In this document: in pieces, positions 32,877 through 43,701 of the stretch
Numbering within the stretch: the first letter of the stretch is position 1
Layout of the letters: every line of letters begins with the position of its first letter
Assembly (NCBI GenBank): GCA_963769635.1
Contig: CAVYMN010000001.1
Span: forward strand, 1,676,109 to 1,740,108
Direction of reading: 5' to 3'
DNA from: an uncultured Actinomycetota bacterium
GTDB lineage: Bacteria; Actinomycetota; Actinomycetes; Sporichthyales; Sporichthyaceae
Length of the DNA: 64,000 bases
The notes under the pieces: model-generated
The model's database searches: none
The model's input: the letters and a program-made list of their open reading frames with translations, nothing else
Told to the model about the DNA's origin: nothing
Program-made: the position numbers and the translations under genes

Positions 32877-33431
32877 TCACTCCTCTTCGTGCCGCTGCCC
32901 CGTCGAAGAGGCACCGACCCTCCGCAGCGGCAAGTCTGCCGCCATCAGTGCATAGGGTTGATCTTGCACAGGAAAGCGAAAGTCCGTGACAAGATCCGCA
33001 AATCCGACACCACGGTAGAGTGCGCGGGCGCGACTGTCGGAGTCGTAGGTGGACAGGACGACCTGCGGGTGAGCTACCCCGTCCAGCAGGCGGGTCAGCA
33101 GCGCGAGCCCCAGACCGAGACCCTGGTAGTCCGGCAGGACGTGCAGCTCGGTGACCGCGTACGCGTCGACGAGCACCCCGCCGTGGCCGGCTCGGGTCAG
33201 CGCGGGCTGGATCTGGTCGAACCACCACTGCCCGCGCCGGCACTCCACCCCGTACACGAAGCCGACCAGCGCGTCGCCGTCGTAGGCCCCGAAGGCCCGG
33301 AACCCCGGATAGCCCGCGTGCCGGACGAAGACGAGCGAGCGGTCGGCCGCGACCGGGCCCAGGGCGGCGGCCTGGATCTGCGCAGCCTCGGCGGCACGTC
33401 CGACCAGGTCGAGCTCGGTGATCTCGACCAT
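32877..33431 (-). CDS. GNAT family N-acetyltransferase
   Basis: 184-aa ORF with the acetyl-CoA motif [20 protein letters not shown]. Confidence 0.8.
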   Translation of the reverse strand: MVEITELDLVGRAAEAAQIQAAALGPVAADRSLVFVRHAGYPGFRAFGAYDGDALVGFVYGVECRRGQWWFDQIQPALTRAGHGGVLVDAYAVTELHVLPDYQGLGLGLALLTRLLDGVAHPQVVLSTYDSDSRARALYRGVGFADLVTDFRFPVQDQPYALMAADLPLRRVGASSTGQRHEEE

Positions 33432-33432
33432 C

Positions 33433-34278
33433 TCAGAAGAGGACGGACATGAAGGTGCCGACCTGGCGGAAGCCGACGCGGTCGTACGTGGCCAGTGCCC
33501 GGGCGTTGAAGTCGTTGACGTAGAGGCTGACCACGGGCGCGATCTCGCGGCGGGCCGCCTCGATCACCGCGACCATGCCGCCGGCGGCGATGCCCAGCCC
33601 GCGGTACTCGGGCGCCACCCAGACGCCCTGCACCTGGCACACCTCGTCGGTCGCCGCCCCGATCTCGGCCTTGAACACGACGGTGTGCCCGTCGATCCGG
33701 GCGTACGCGCGCCGGGCCTCGATGAGCTCGCGGATCCGGCAGCGGTACAGGGCACCGCCGTCGCTGCCGAGCGGGGAGACGCCGACCTCCTCGGTGAACA
33801 TGGCGACGCACGCCGGCATGAGGACCTCGAAGTCCTCCGGGCCGACGAGGCGAACCCGCGGGTCGGGCGCGACGCCGGGCGCCGGGGTCTCGACGGCCAT
33901 CAGCGGCTGGGCGACGCGCACGTCGCGGGCCGGCCCCCAGGCCCTCGCCACGCGGGCCCAGAACGGCTCGACGGCCTCCACCCGCCCGACGATGGACGAG
34001 CAGCGCCGCGATTGTCCGGCCGCGCGGGCCCCGAACGCCCGGATGGCGTCGGAGCACGCCTCGACGGGCACGACGTTCGCCCCGACGTAGCACAGCGACT
34101 CGAGCCGGCCGTCGACCTCGTAGCCCCAAACCTCGGCCCCGAAGCGAGAGCCGCCGAGGCCCGCGGTGGCCAGGCGGGACGCGACGAAGACGTTGGCGAC
34201 GGGGTCGCGCGCGGTGACCGCCAGCGCGGCGGGCAGGTCGGCCTGGGTCAGCACGCGGACGGCGGCGGTGTCCAGCAC
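33433..34278 (-). CDS. GNAT family N-acetyltransferase with N-terminal DUF4081-like domain
   Basis: 281-aa ORF with the C-terminal GNAT motif VWVAPEYRGLGIAAGGMVAVI. The position next to ispG is conserved in actinomycetes. Confidence 0.75.
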   Translation of the reverse strand: MLDTAAVRVLTQADLPAALAVTARDPVANVFVASRLATAGLGGSRFGAEVWGYEVDGRLESLCYVGANVVPVEACSDAIRAFGARAAGQSRRCSSIVGRVEAVEPFWARVARAWGPARDVRVAQPLMAVETPAPGVAPDPRVRLVGPEDFEVLMPACVAMFTEEVGVSPLGSDGGALYRCRIRELIEARRAYARIDGHTVVFKAEIGAATDEVCQVQGVWVAPEYRGLGIAAGGMVAVIEAARREIAPVVSLYVNDFNARALATYDRVGFRQVGTFMSVLF

Positions 34279-34307
34279 GCCCGCCTCCTTCCGATCGTGC
34301 GCCTCGG

Positions 34308-35462
34308 TCAGGAGACCGTGACCTCAGGCTCGCCCGAGGGTACGCCTGCCGCGGCCATCGACTCCGCAAGCCGCATCGCCTCGTAGATCAGCGTCTCGAC
34401 GATCTGCGACTCCGGGACCGTCTTGATGACTTCCCCCTTGACGAAGATCTGCCCCTTGCCGTTCCCCGAAGCGACACCGAGGTCGGCCTCGCGGGCCTCC
34501 CCCGGACCGTTCACTACGCAACCCATGACGGCCACCCGCAGCGGGACGTCGAGACCGTCCAGCCCCGCGGCGACCTGCTCGGCGAGGGTGTAGACGTCGA
34601 CCTGGGCGCGCCCGCAGGACGGGCACGACACGATCTCCAGGCCGCGCTCGCGCAGCCCGAGGGACTCGAGGATCTGGTTGCCGACCTTGACCTCCTCGAC
34701 CGGCGGCGCGGACAGCGACACGCGGATGGTGTCGCCGATCCCTTCCGCCAGCAGGGCGCCGAAGGCCACGGCGGACTTGATCGTGCCTTGAAAGGACGGC
34801 CCGGCCTCGGTGACGCCGAGGTGCAGCGGGTGGTCGCATGCGGCGGCGAGCTGCCGGTAGGCGTTGATCATGATCACCGGGTCGTTGTGCTTCACCGAGA
34901 TCTTGAAGTCGTGGAAGTCGTGCTCGGTGAACAGCGACGCCTCCCACAGCGCGGACTCCACGAGCGCCTCGGGCGTCGCCCGGCCGTACTTGGCGAGCAG
35001 GCGCGGGTCGAGCGACCCGGCGTTGACGCCGATCCGGATCGAACAGCCGGCGTCGCGCGCGGCCCGGGCAATCTCCCCGACCTTGTCGTCGAACTTCTTG
35101 ATGTTGCCGGGGTTGACCCGGACGGCCGCGCAGCCGGCGTCGATGGCCGCGAAGACGTACTTGGGTTGGAAGTGGATGTCGGCGATCACGGGGATCTGCG
35201 ACTTGCGTGCGATTTCCGGCAGCGCGTCCGCGTCGTCCTGGGTCGGGACGGCCACGCGGACGATCTGGCAGCCCGCCGCGGTCAGTTCCGCGATCTGCTG
35301 CAGCGTCGCGTTCACGTCCGTCGTCTGGGTCGTGCACATCGACTGCACCGACACCGGGGCGTCGCCCCCGACTGCCACCTTGCCCACCATGATCTGGCGG
35401 GTGCGGTGGCGCCTCGCGAGGCTCGGTAACGGCAGGGCGGGCATCCCCAGGGAGACGGTCAC
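34308..35462 (-). CDS. ispG: 4-hydroxy-3-methylbut-2-en-1-yl diphosphate synthase (flavodoxin)
   Basis: 384-aa ORF: [58 protein letters not shown]. Confidence 0.95.
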   Translation of the reverse strand: MTVSLGMPALPLPSLARRHRTRQIMVGKVAVGGDAPVSVQSMCTTQTTDVNATLQQIAELTAAGCQIVRVAVPTQDDADALPEIARKSQIPVIADIHFQPKYVFAAIDAGCAAVRVNPGNIKKFDDKVGEIARAARDAGCSIRIGVNAGSLDPRLLAKYGRATPEALVESALWEASLFTEHDFHDFKISVKHNDPVIMINAYRQLAAACDHPLHLGVTEAGPSFQGTIKSAVAFGALLAEGIGDTIRVSLSAPPVEEVKVGNQILESLGLRERGLEIVSCPSCGRAQVDVYTLAEQVAAGLDGLDVPLRVAVMGCVVNGPGEAREADLGVASGNGKGQIFVKGEVIKTVPESQIVETLIYEAMRLAESMAAAGVPSGEPEVTVS

Positions 35463-35471
35463 GCGCCCAAC

Positions 35472-36689
35472 CTAGCTGGTGAGGGACACGGGGTTGAGAA
35501 TGTCCGCCGCCAGCAGCAGCACAGTCAACCCGACGATCACCATGAGGAACACGTAGGTCGCGGGCAGGAGCTTCGTCATGTCCACGCGGCCGGGGTCGGC
35601 CCGCCCGGCGAGCTTGAAGATGCGCCGACGGCCGTGCTCGTAGCTGACCACTGCCATGTGCCCACCGTCCAGGGGCAGCAGCGGCAGCGCGTTGAACAGG
35701 CCGATGAAGATGTTGAGCGCAGCCATCTGGGCGACGATGTTGCCGATCCGCGCCGACAGCGGCACCTCCCCCTGGGCGAGCACCTCGCCGGAGATCCGGG
35801 CGACGCCGACGACGCCGACCAGGCCCTCCTTGTCGCGCTCGCCGCCGGTGAGGGCGTCGAACAGGGCGGGGATCTTCTCCGGGATGTCGAGCATGATCTC
35901 GCCGGTCAGCTTGATCGTGGTGCCCACGAGCTCGAGCGCCCGGTCGGAGGCGGCGATCGGGCCGTCCTTGACCATCGCGACCGACGCGCTGGCGCCCAGG
36001 ACGCCGGCGGTGATCTTCTCGCCGGTCACCGGGTCGGTGCGCTCCCGCGCGACCAGGACCGGCGTGAGGGTCTGGGTCTGGCCGTCGCGTTTGATCGTGA
36101 TCTCGAGCGGGCCCTCGCCCGCCTTGCGGATGGCCGCGGTGGCGTCCGCCCACTCCTTCACGGGTGTGCCCGCGACGGCGAGGATCTGGTCGCCCTCGCG
36201 CAGCCCGGCGGCCTTCGCGGGCGACGCCGCGTCACCGTCGGCGCAGGTCGCCTCGGGGGCCGCGCCGTCCGCGAGGATGCACTGGCTCACCGCGCCGACC
36301 TTGGTGTCCAGCGTCGGGGTACCGAGCGCCATGAGGACGAAGACGAAGAGGAAGAAACCGATGAACATGTGCGAGATGGAGCCCGCGGACAGGACGACGA
36401 GCTTCTTGGGCGCGGAGAACTTGTAGAAGGCGCGGTCCGCGTCCTCCTCCTCGACCTTGTCGAGGTCGGTCATCCCGACGATCTTCACGTACCCGCCGGC
36501 CGGGATCGCCTTGAACCCGTACTCGGTCTCGCCCCGCCGGAAGGACCAGACCTTCGGCCCGAAGCCGATGAAGAACTCGGTCGCCTTCATGCCGAACGCC
36601 TTCGCGGTCAGCAGGTGACCGGCCTCGTGGATGGCAACCGAGGCGATCAGCAGGAACACGAAGAGCAGGATCCCCAGAAATGTCATCAT
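35472..36689 (-). CDS. rseP: Site-2 (M50/RseP-like) intramembrane zinc metalloprotease
   Basis: HEAGH zinc motif at the N-terminus, an internal PDZ-like region, and NALPLLPLDGGH. Confidence 0.9.
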   Translation of the reverse strand: MMTFLGILLFVFLLIASVAIHEAGHLLTAKAFGMKATEFFIGFGPKVWSFRRGETEYGFKAIPAGGYVKIVGMTDLDKVEEEDADRAFYKFSAPKKLVVLSAGSISHMFIGFFLFVFVLMALGTPTLDTKVGAVSQCILADGAAPEATCADGDAASPAKAAGLREGDQILAVAGTPVKEWADATAAIRKAGEGPLEITIKRDGQTQTLTPVLVARERTDPVTGEKITAGVLGASASVAMVKDGPIAASDRALELVGTTIKLTGEIMLDIPEKIPALFDALTGGERDKEGLVGVVGVARISGEVLAQGEVPLSARIGNIVAQMAALNIFIGLFNALPLLPLDGGHMAVVSYEHGRRRIFKLAGRADPGRVDMTKLLPATYVFLMVIVGLTVLLLAADILNPVSLTS

Positions 36690-36750
36690 GCGGATTCCAC
36701 CGTAGACGAACTCCGCGCTCGCGGCAGCGCTGTGGCCATACCGTGCTCGA

Positions 36751-37983
36751 TCATCTGCCTGCGACTCCCCCGGTCACCGGTACCAGCTCGTGCGCGCGGG
36801 CTCGGGCCCACGATTCCGCCTCGAGTACGTCCGCCAGCGTGAGCGCGCCGTCGCCCCCCCGCACCTCATGATCACCCACCACCCGCGCCACCGTGTCGAC
36901 GATGCCGCCGAACGGGAGCGTGCCGCCCAGGAACGCGGCCACGCACTCCTCGTTCGCCGCATTGAACACCGCGGGGGCCGTCCCGCCTTCCCGCCCGCAG
37001 TGCCGGGCCAGCGCGACGGCCGGGAACGCCTCGTCGTCCAGCGGCGCGAACTCCCACGAGCTGGCCCGGGTCCAGTCGCACCCGCCGATCGCCCCGGGGA
37101 CGCGGTCGGGCCAGGCCAGCGCTAGCGCGATCGGCAGCCGCATGTCCGGCGGGCTGACCTGCGCGAGCGTCGAGCCGTCGGTGAACTCCACCATCGAGTG
37201 CACCATCGACTGCGGGTGGACGACCACGTCGATCCGGTCGAACGGGACGTCGAACAGCAGGTGCGCCTCGATCACCTCGAGGCCCTTGTTGACCAGCGTC
37301 GCGGAGTTGATCGTGACGACCGGCCCCATGTCCCAGGTGGGGTGGGCCAACGCCTCGGCGATCGTCACGCCCGCCAGGTCGGCGCGGGTGCGGCCTCGGA
37401 ACGGCCCGCCACTGGCGGTCAGCACCAGCCGGGCGACCTCGCCGGACCGCCCGCCGCGCAGGCACTGGGCGAGCGCGGAGTGCTCGCTGTCGACCGGGAC
37501 GAGCTGGCCGGGCGCCGCGGCGGCCTTGACCAGCGGGCCGCCGACGATCAGCGACTCCTTGTTGGCCAGCGCCACGAGTCGGCCGGTGGCCAGGGCCGCC
37601 AGGGTCGGCGCGAGGCCGACCGAGCCGGTCATCCCGTTCAGGACGACGTCGCACGGCCAGGCCGCGAGTTCGGTGTGCGCGTCCGGGCCGGCCAGGATCT
37701 TCGGGACGCGGTGCTCCCCCGTGGCGTACCCGCGGCGCTGGGCCTCCGCGTACAGCGCGAGCTGCAGGTCCCCGGCCGCGCTCGCCTTCGCGACCGCGAC
37801 GACCTCGACCCCGAACTCGATCGCCTGGGCCGCCAGCAGGGCGACGTTGCCGCCGCCGGCGCCGAGGCCGACCACGCGGAACCGGGCCGGGTCGTGCCGG
37901 ACGACGTCGAGCGCCTGCGTCCCGATCGAGCCCGTCGAGCCGAGCAGGACGACGGCGCGGGACGCGGCGGGGGCGAGGGTCAC
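36751..37983 (-). CDS. dxr: 1-deoxy-D-xylulose-5-phosphate reductoisomerase
   Basis: [23 protein letters not shown] and [13 protein letters not shown]. Start is GTG 37983, or GTG 37998 as in the track. Confidence 0.94.
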   Translation of the reverse strand: MTLAPAASRAVVLLGSTGSIGTQALDVVRHDPARFRVVGLGAGGGNVALLAAQAIEFGVEVVAVAKASAAGDLQLALYAEAQRRGYATGEHRVPKILAGPDAHTELAAWPCDVVLNGMTGSVGLAPTLAALATGRLVALANKESLIVGGPLVKAAAAPGQLVPVDSEHSALAQCLRGGRSGEVARLVLTASGGPFRGRTRADLAGVTIAEALAHPTWDMGPVVTINSATLVNKGLEVIEAHLLFDVPFDRIDVVVHPQSMVHSMVEFTDGSTLAQVSPPDMRLPIALALAWPDRVPGAIGGCDWTRASSWEFAPLDDEAFPAVALARHCGREGGTAPAVFNAANEECVAAFLGGTLPFGGIVDTVARVVGDHEVRGGDGALTLADVLEAESWARARAHELVPVTGGVAGR

Positions 37984-38032
37984 CGGCCCATTCTCCACTT
38001 CCGCGCGCCCCGCACCCGATCCGCCGTGCGGG

Positions 38033-38868
38033 TCATGCGTCGGTGTGGAGCTGGAGGCCGCGCCCGGACGGGTGCGTGAGGTTCAGCCCCGCCGCCTCGA
38101 CGTCGACGCCGACCGGCCCGTTCAGGACGGTGAGCACCCCGTCCGCGGCGGTCGTGTCCGCGTCCTTCCCGCAGCCGGACCGGTCGGCCTCGAGCTCCCC
38201 GAAGGTGACCGTGTCGCCCGCGCGCGCCGCCGGGCCGGAGAACTCGACGCAGCCTGCGTTGCCCTGGACGGTGTTCGCGGTGAACAGCAGCGTGCTCCCG
38301 GCGGGGACGAACGACGCGCTCGTCGAGGCGTTCGCGTCGGCGGCCGCACCCGGCGCCGGGCCGAACGTGACGTGCGTGATCTGCCACGCGGTGCCCGCGA
38401 GCGGGCGGTCGGGGTCGACGACCTCGCGCGTCGCGAAGGCCATCGTGACCTTCTCGGTGCTCAGGTCGATGCGCGTGCCGTCGTAGGTGTAAGCGGGCCC
38501 GGCGGCGAAGAACTCGCCCATCCACTGGTCCTGTTCGTGGCGGCCGGCGCCGGGGCAACCCATCATCGTCGAGCCCGCGTCGTCGAGCCCGCGTCGTCGA
38601 TCCAGAAGCGGCCGTCGTCCAGGCGCAGGGTGCCGCTCAGCCCGTTGCACCCGCCGCCGGCGCTCACGCGTCCGTCCGGGAAGAACTGCAGCGAGAGGTG
38701 CCCCGGCTCGACGAGCTCGCGGGCGGACCCGCCTTCGGTCACCACGGTGGTCAGCCAGGTGCCTTCGGGCGCCTCGCCCTCGGACCCCGCGACGACGTCG
38801 GACCCGCCGCCACACGCGGCGAGCGCCAGTAACGCGGCCGCCGCCGCTGCCCACAGAGCCTTGCGCAC
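38033..38868 (-). pseudogene. Tandem META-domain (HslJ-like) lipoprotein, frameshifted by a 14-bp tandem duplication
   Basis: The N-terminal part (VRKALWAAAAAALLALAACGGG lipobox, ...GGGCNGLSGTLRLDDGRFWIDDAGST) is the tail of track ORF 38563..39675. The remainder (MMGCPGAGRHEQDQWMGEFFAAGPAYTYDG...) is in track ORF 38033..38854. Removing one copy of cgtcgagcccgcgt (38567-38580 = 38581-38594) joins them in frame. Confidence 0.75.
38567..38600. repeat. 14-bp direct tandem repeat, 2.4 copies (cgtcgagcccgcgt)
   Basis: Exact copies at 38567-38580 and 38581-38594, followed by a partial copy cgtcga at 38595-38600. Confidence 0.95.
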
Positions 38869-38980
38869 CCGGTTTCCCCCCGTCGCCGGAACCACCTCGC
38901 CTACCTGACGCGCGAGGAGACCCGGCGGTTTACGTCCACGCCCTATTCCCCCCGCGGGAGTTCCTCGCACGCTTTCCCGC

Positions 38981-40174
38981 TCAGGCGAGCCGGTCCTCGC
39001 GGGCGGCGCGCAGAGCGGGCCAGCCCAACGCCCGGACGACACCCTCGGCGTCGGCCACGGCCCGCGCGGCCTCCCCGGGCGGGACGGTGACGCCGGCCTC
39101 GAGCCCGGCTCGGGCCCGCTCGTAGAGCGAGCGGAGCAGGCGCGCGGCCGCCTGCCGGCCGGCGGCGCCCTGCCGCTCACCGATCCGGCCGGCAAGCTCG
39201 CCGCCGGGTCCGACCAGCGCCGAGATGAGCTCCGTCGGGTCGATCCCGCCCGCGCGGGCCGGCTCCGCGTCCGGCGCGAGGGCGCGGGACGCGGCGAGGA
39301 CCGCGGCGGCGAGCGCGTGCGCGATCGCGGGCCGGGGCAGGCCCGCATTGCTGAGCGCGTGGGCCGCGGCGAGTTCCTCGGCAACCTCGCCGGGCGCGGC
39401 ACCGCGGCGCGCGCCGTCCGGGGCGGTGGACGGCCGGAACGACCGCATGTCGTCCTCGCCCAGCGGCAGCGCAGTGACGACCACGCCGCACGCCGCCGTC
39501 TCGGCCCACAGCACGGCCTCCATGCGGGCCAGTTCCGTCCAGACCGAGTCGAGGCGGTCCAGGACGACGACGAGGTCGACCTCGCCGGCCGGACGCGGCG
39601 AGGACCCCGCGCGGTCGAGCCGGACGACCTCCCGCAGACGCGTGCCGTACACGGCCACCAGCGCGGCCGAGACACGCTCGGCGGACGCCTCCGGGTCGCA
39701 GTTGCGGGTCTCCGCGGGGCCGCCGGCCCGACGCTGCGCCAGCACCCGGTCGACCTCCGCGGCGGCGACGACGCCCTCGTCCGCCAGCCACTGCACCGCG
39801 CGGACCTGGCGGCGGTTGTCGACGAACGTCCGCCACTGCCCGCGCAGGTCGGCGTACTCGCCGACGGTGTGGGTGAACCGCGCCACGTCGCCGGCCTCGG
39901 CGGAGCGGTCGAGGCGCGCGAGCGCCGCGCCGTCCTGGACGCGGTGCAGGAACTCCTGCATGTCGCGGCGGACGACCCCGGCGGGGAGGGGGTCGACGGG
40001 GATCAGCTTCTCGGTGTCGAGCACCCGCGGTTCGCGCGCCCCCGGCTCGCCGTCGGAGTCGACCCCGAGCTCGAGCTGACCGCTCTGGGGATCGAACCAC
40101 CAGGTGTGCTCGGCGGTGTGGTCCTCCAGCGCCTCGGCGAGTGCCACGAGGTCGACGGAGCTGATCGAGAGCAA
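38981..40174 (-). CDS. Hypothetical three-domain protein: N-terminal UPF0158-like, central minimal nucleotidyltransferase-like, C-terminal helical HEPN/KNTase_C-like
   Basis: Single uninterrupted ORF. The UPF0158-like part is WWFDPQSGQLE...RDMQEFLHRVQDGAALARLDRS...VARFTHTVGEYADLRGQWRTFVDNRRQVRAVQWLADEGVV. The NTase-like part is YGTRLREVVRLDRAGSSPRPAGEVDLVVVLD. The helical tail is EELAAAHALSNAGLPRPAIAHALAAAVL...LLRSLYERARAGLEAGVTVPPGEAARAV. Start is probably TTG 40174 behind GGAGG (track start 40228). Domain calls are by eye only. Confidence 0.55.
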   Translation of the reverse strand: MLSISSVDLVALAEALEDHTAEHTWWFDPQSGQLELGVDSDGEPGAREPRVLDTEKLIPVDPLPAGVVRRDMQEFLHRVQDGAALARLDRSAEAGDVARFTHTVGEYADLRGQWRTFVDNRRQVRAVQWLADEGVVAAAEVDRVLAQRRAGGPAETRNCDPEASAERVSAALVAVYGTRLREVVRLDRAGSSPRPAGEVDLVVVLDRLDSVWTELARMEAVLWAETAACGVVVTALPLGEDDMRSFRPSTAPDGARRGAAPGEVAEELAAAHALSNAGLPRPAIAHALAAAVLAASRALAPDAEPARAGGIDPTELISALVGPGGELAGRIGERQGAAGRQAAARLLRSLYERARAGLEAGVTVPPGEAARAVADAEGVVRALGWPALRAAREDRLA

Positions 40175-40287
40175 GGTGCCTCCAGGCGGCGTCGGCCGCA
40201 GATTACCCGCCGGAAGGCATCGGTACACGCGGTAACGACCCTCCCCCGCCTGAGAAATCGGCCAGCGAAGCCGGCGGCCGTCCGGGT

Positions 40288-41752
40288 CTACGCCGGCATG
40301 GCCACGTACTTCAGGTCGAGGTACTCGTCGATCCCGACGCTGCCGCCCTCGCGGCCGATTCCGGACTGCTTCACCCCGCCGAACGGCGCGGCGGGGTTGG
40401 ACACCATGCCCTGGTTGATGCCGACCATCCCCGACTCGAGGGTCTCGGCGGTTCGCATGGCGCGGCTCAGGTCCTGCGTGTAGAGGAACGCGACGAGGCC
40501 GAACTCCGTGGCGTTGGCCTCGGCGATCGCCTCCGCCTCGTAGGCGAAGGTGCGAATCGCGGCGACCGGGCCGAAGATCTCCTCCGAGAGAAGGCGCGCC
40601 CCGTCCGGGACGTCGGTCAGCACGGTCGGCGGGTAGAAGTGGCCCGGCCCGGGGGCGGGCTTGCCGCCGCAGAGGACTTTCGCGCCCTTGCGGACGGCGT
40701 CGTCGACGAGCCCGGCGACCTTCTTTACCGCCTTGGCGTTGATCAGGGGGCCGACCTGGACGCCGTCCTCGGTACCGCGGCCGACGACCATCGCGCTCAT
40801 CCGCTCGGCGAGGCCCGCCGCGAACTCCTCCGCGACCCGCCCGTCGACGAGGAACCGGTTGGCCGCGACGCAGGCCTCACCCATGTTGCGCATCTTCGCG
40901 ACGACGGCCCCGTCCACGGCCGCCTGCAGGTCGGCGTCCGCGAAGACGAGGAACGGCGCGTTGCCGCCGAGTTCCATCGAGGTGCGCAGGACCTGGTCCG
41001 CCGCGCGGGCGAGCAGCGCCCGGCCCACGGGCGTGGAGCCGGTGAAGGACAGCTTGCGCAGCCGTGGGTCCGCGAGGAGCGGGCTGGTGGCCCCGCCCGG
41101 GTCGGATGTCGGCACGACGTTGAGGACGCCCTCGGGCAACCCCGCCTCGGTGAAGATCTCGGCCAGCGCCAGCATCGACAGGGGGGTCTCGGCCGCCGGC
41201 TTCACCACCATCGTGCAACCCGCGGCGACGGCTGGGCCGATCTTGCGGGTGACCATCGCCATCGGGAAGTTCCACGGCGTGATGAACAGGCACGGCCCGA
41301 CGGGCTGCTTCATGGTGAGCAGGCGCGCCTTCCCGTCCGGGCTGACCGTGTACGTGCCCGAGACGCGCACGGCCTCCTCGGCGAACCAGCGCAGGAAGTC
41401 GGCCGCGTACGCGATCTCGCCGCGCGACTCCGCGAGCGGCTTGCCCTGCTCCAGGGTCATCAGGAGGGCCAGGTCGTCCGTCCGGGACAGGAGCAGGTCG
41501 CAGGCCCGGGACAAAATCCGGCTGCGCTCCCGCGGCGCGACGGTCGCCCAGCGCGACTGAGCGCCGGCGGCGGCGCCCGAGCGCGGCCAGCGCGTCCCCG
41601 GCGTTGGCGTCCGCGACGTCGCAGAGGGCCTCGCCGGTCGAGGGGTCGTCCACGATCATCGTGCGGCCGCCGGACGCCGCCCGCCAGGTGCCACCGACGA
41701 ACAGGCCGTGCGGGACGGAGTCGATCAGCTTCCGCTCGTCGTCGGTCAGCAT
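40288..41752 (-). pseudogene. gabD: Succinate-semialdehyde dehydrogenase (NAD(P)+ aldehyde dehydrogenase), one frameshift as sequenced
   Basis: The N-terminus MLTDDERKLIDSVPHGLFVGGTWRAA...GDALAAL (track ORF 40877..41752) continues as ...QSRWATVAPRERSRILSRACDLLL... in track ORF 40288..41514. ALDH motifs are ELGGNAPFLVF and FGGVKQSGIGREG. The break is at ~41573-41580. Confidence 0.85.
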
Positions 41753-41794
41753 GGGGAAGCCTCCGGAATCGGTGCTGTCAGAACAACATTCATG

Positions 41795-43672
41795 TCAGGA
41801 CTTCAGGACGTCGCGCAATGCGTCCAACACGGCGGGGTCCTCGATGGTGGAGGGAATCGGCTCGTCGCGACCGTCCGCGATACCCCGCATCGTCTTCCGC
41901 AGGATCTTGCCTGAACGGGTCTTCGGCAGGGCCGCGACGACGTCCGCGCGCTTGAAGGACGCGACGGCGCCGATCTGGTCGCGGACCGCCGCGACAAGCT
42001 CGGCGGTCAGCGTTCCGGGGTCGATGTCGGCGCCGGCCTTCAGCACGACGAACCCGCGCGGGACCTGCCCTTTGAGTGCGTCCGCGACGCCGATGACCGC
42101 GCACTCGGCGACCGCCGGGTGGGTCGCGAGGACCGCCTCCATCGAGCCCGTCGACAGCCGGTGCCCGGCGACGTTGATGACGTCGTCGGTGCGCCCGAGC
42201 ACGAACAGGTAGCCGTCGTCGTCGACGTAGCCCCCGTCACCGGAGAGGTAGTAGCCCTCGTAGGTCGACAGGTACGAGCGGACGAACCGGTCGTCGTCCT
42301 CCCACAGCGTCGGTAGCGACGCCCGGCGGCAGCGGGAGCTTCACACAGATCGCGCCCTCCTCGCCCGGCGCGCAACGCTTGCCGGCCGCATCGAGCACCT
42401 GAACGTCCCACCCGGGGACGGGCACGGACGGCGACCCCGCCTTGATCGGCATCGGCTCGAGCCCGCGCAGGTTCGCCGCGATCGGCCAGCCCGTCTCCGT
42501 CTGCCACCAGTGGTCGATCACCGGGACGCCGAGCTTGTCGGTCGCCCAGTGGTAGGTGTCCGGGTCGAGCCGCTCCCCCGCGAGGAACAGGGCGCGCAGC
42601 GACGCGGTGTCGTGCCCGGCGAGCAGCGCGGCGTCCGGGTCCTCGCGCTTGATCGCGCGGAACACCGTCGGCGCGGTGAACAGGGTGGAGACGCCGTGCT
42701 CGGCGATGACCCGCCAGAACGCGCCCGCGTCCGGCGTCCCGACCGGCTTGCCCTCGTAGAGGACGGTCGTCGCGCCGTAGCAGCAACGGCGCGTAGATCA
42801 TGTAGGAGTGGCCGACGACCCAGCCCGACGTCCGACGCCGTCCAGAACACCTCGCCGGGCTCGACACCGAAGACGTTCTTCATGCTCCACATCAGCGCGA
42901 CGGCGTGGCCGCCGTTGTCGCGGACGATGCCCTTCGGCTTCCCCGTCGTCCCGGACGTGTAGAGGATGTAGAGCGGGTCGGTCGCGCGGACCTCGACGAC
43001 CGCGGCGGGATTGACCCACGACATCAGGGCCGCCCAGTCAAGGTCGCGCGGCTCCACCAGGTCGGCGAGCAGCTGCTCGCGCTGGAAGATCACGCAGTGC
43101 CGCGGGCTGTGCTCGGCGAGCTCCAGCGCGGCGTCGAGCATCGGCTTGTACTCCACGATCCGCGTCGGCTCGATCCCGCAGGACGCCGCCACGACGACGA
43201 CCGGTCGGGCGTCGTCGATCCGGGCCGCGAGCTCCTTCGGGGCGAAGCCCGCCGAACACGACCGAGTGCACGGCCCCGACCCGCGCGCAGGCGAGCATCG
43301 CGATCACGGCCTCGGGCATCATCGGCATGTAGATGACCACCCGGTCGCCCGGACCGACGCCGAGGTCCAGGAGCGCACCCGCGAACCTTCCGACCAGGCC
43401 GAGGAGCTCCGCGTACGTGTACGTGCGCGCGGACCCGGTGATCGGGCTGTCGTAGATGACGGCGGCCTGGTCCGCGCGCCCGTAGATCACGTGCCGGTCG
43501 AGGGCGTTGTAGCAGGTGTTCATGGTGCCGTCCGGGAACCACGTCACGAACGGGGCGTTGCTGTCGTCCAGGACGGTCTGCGGCGCGCGGAACCAGTTCA
43601 CCGCCTCGGCGGCCTCGCCCCAGAAACCCTCGGGGTCGTGATGCTGCGGCGGAAGGTCTCGGCGTAACTCAT
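41795..43672 (-). pseudogene. prpE: Propionate--CoA ligase-like short-chain acyl-CoA synthetase, five frameshifts as sequenced
   Basis: The protein can be read as [12 protein letters not shown]|[15 protein letters not shown]...HSVVFGG|[24 protein letters not shown]...YTSGTTGKPKG...FWTASDVG|WVVGHSYMIYAPLL|YGATTVLYEGKP...ICVKLPLPPG|SLPTLWEDDDRF...GRTDDVINVAGHRLSTG...LPKTRSGKILRK. It spans five track ORFs in different frames. The N-terminus resembles E. coli PrpE from memory. Confidence 0.8.
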
Positions 43673-43701
43673 GCCGCCATCCTCGCCCCCGCGCGGCGCC
43701 C

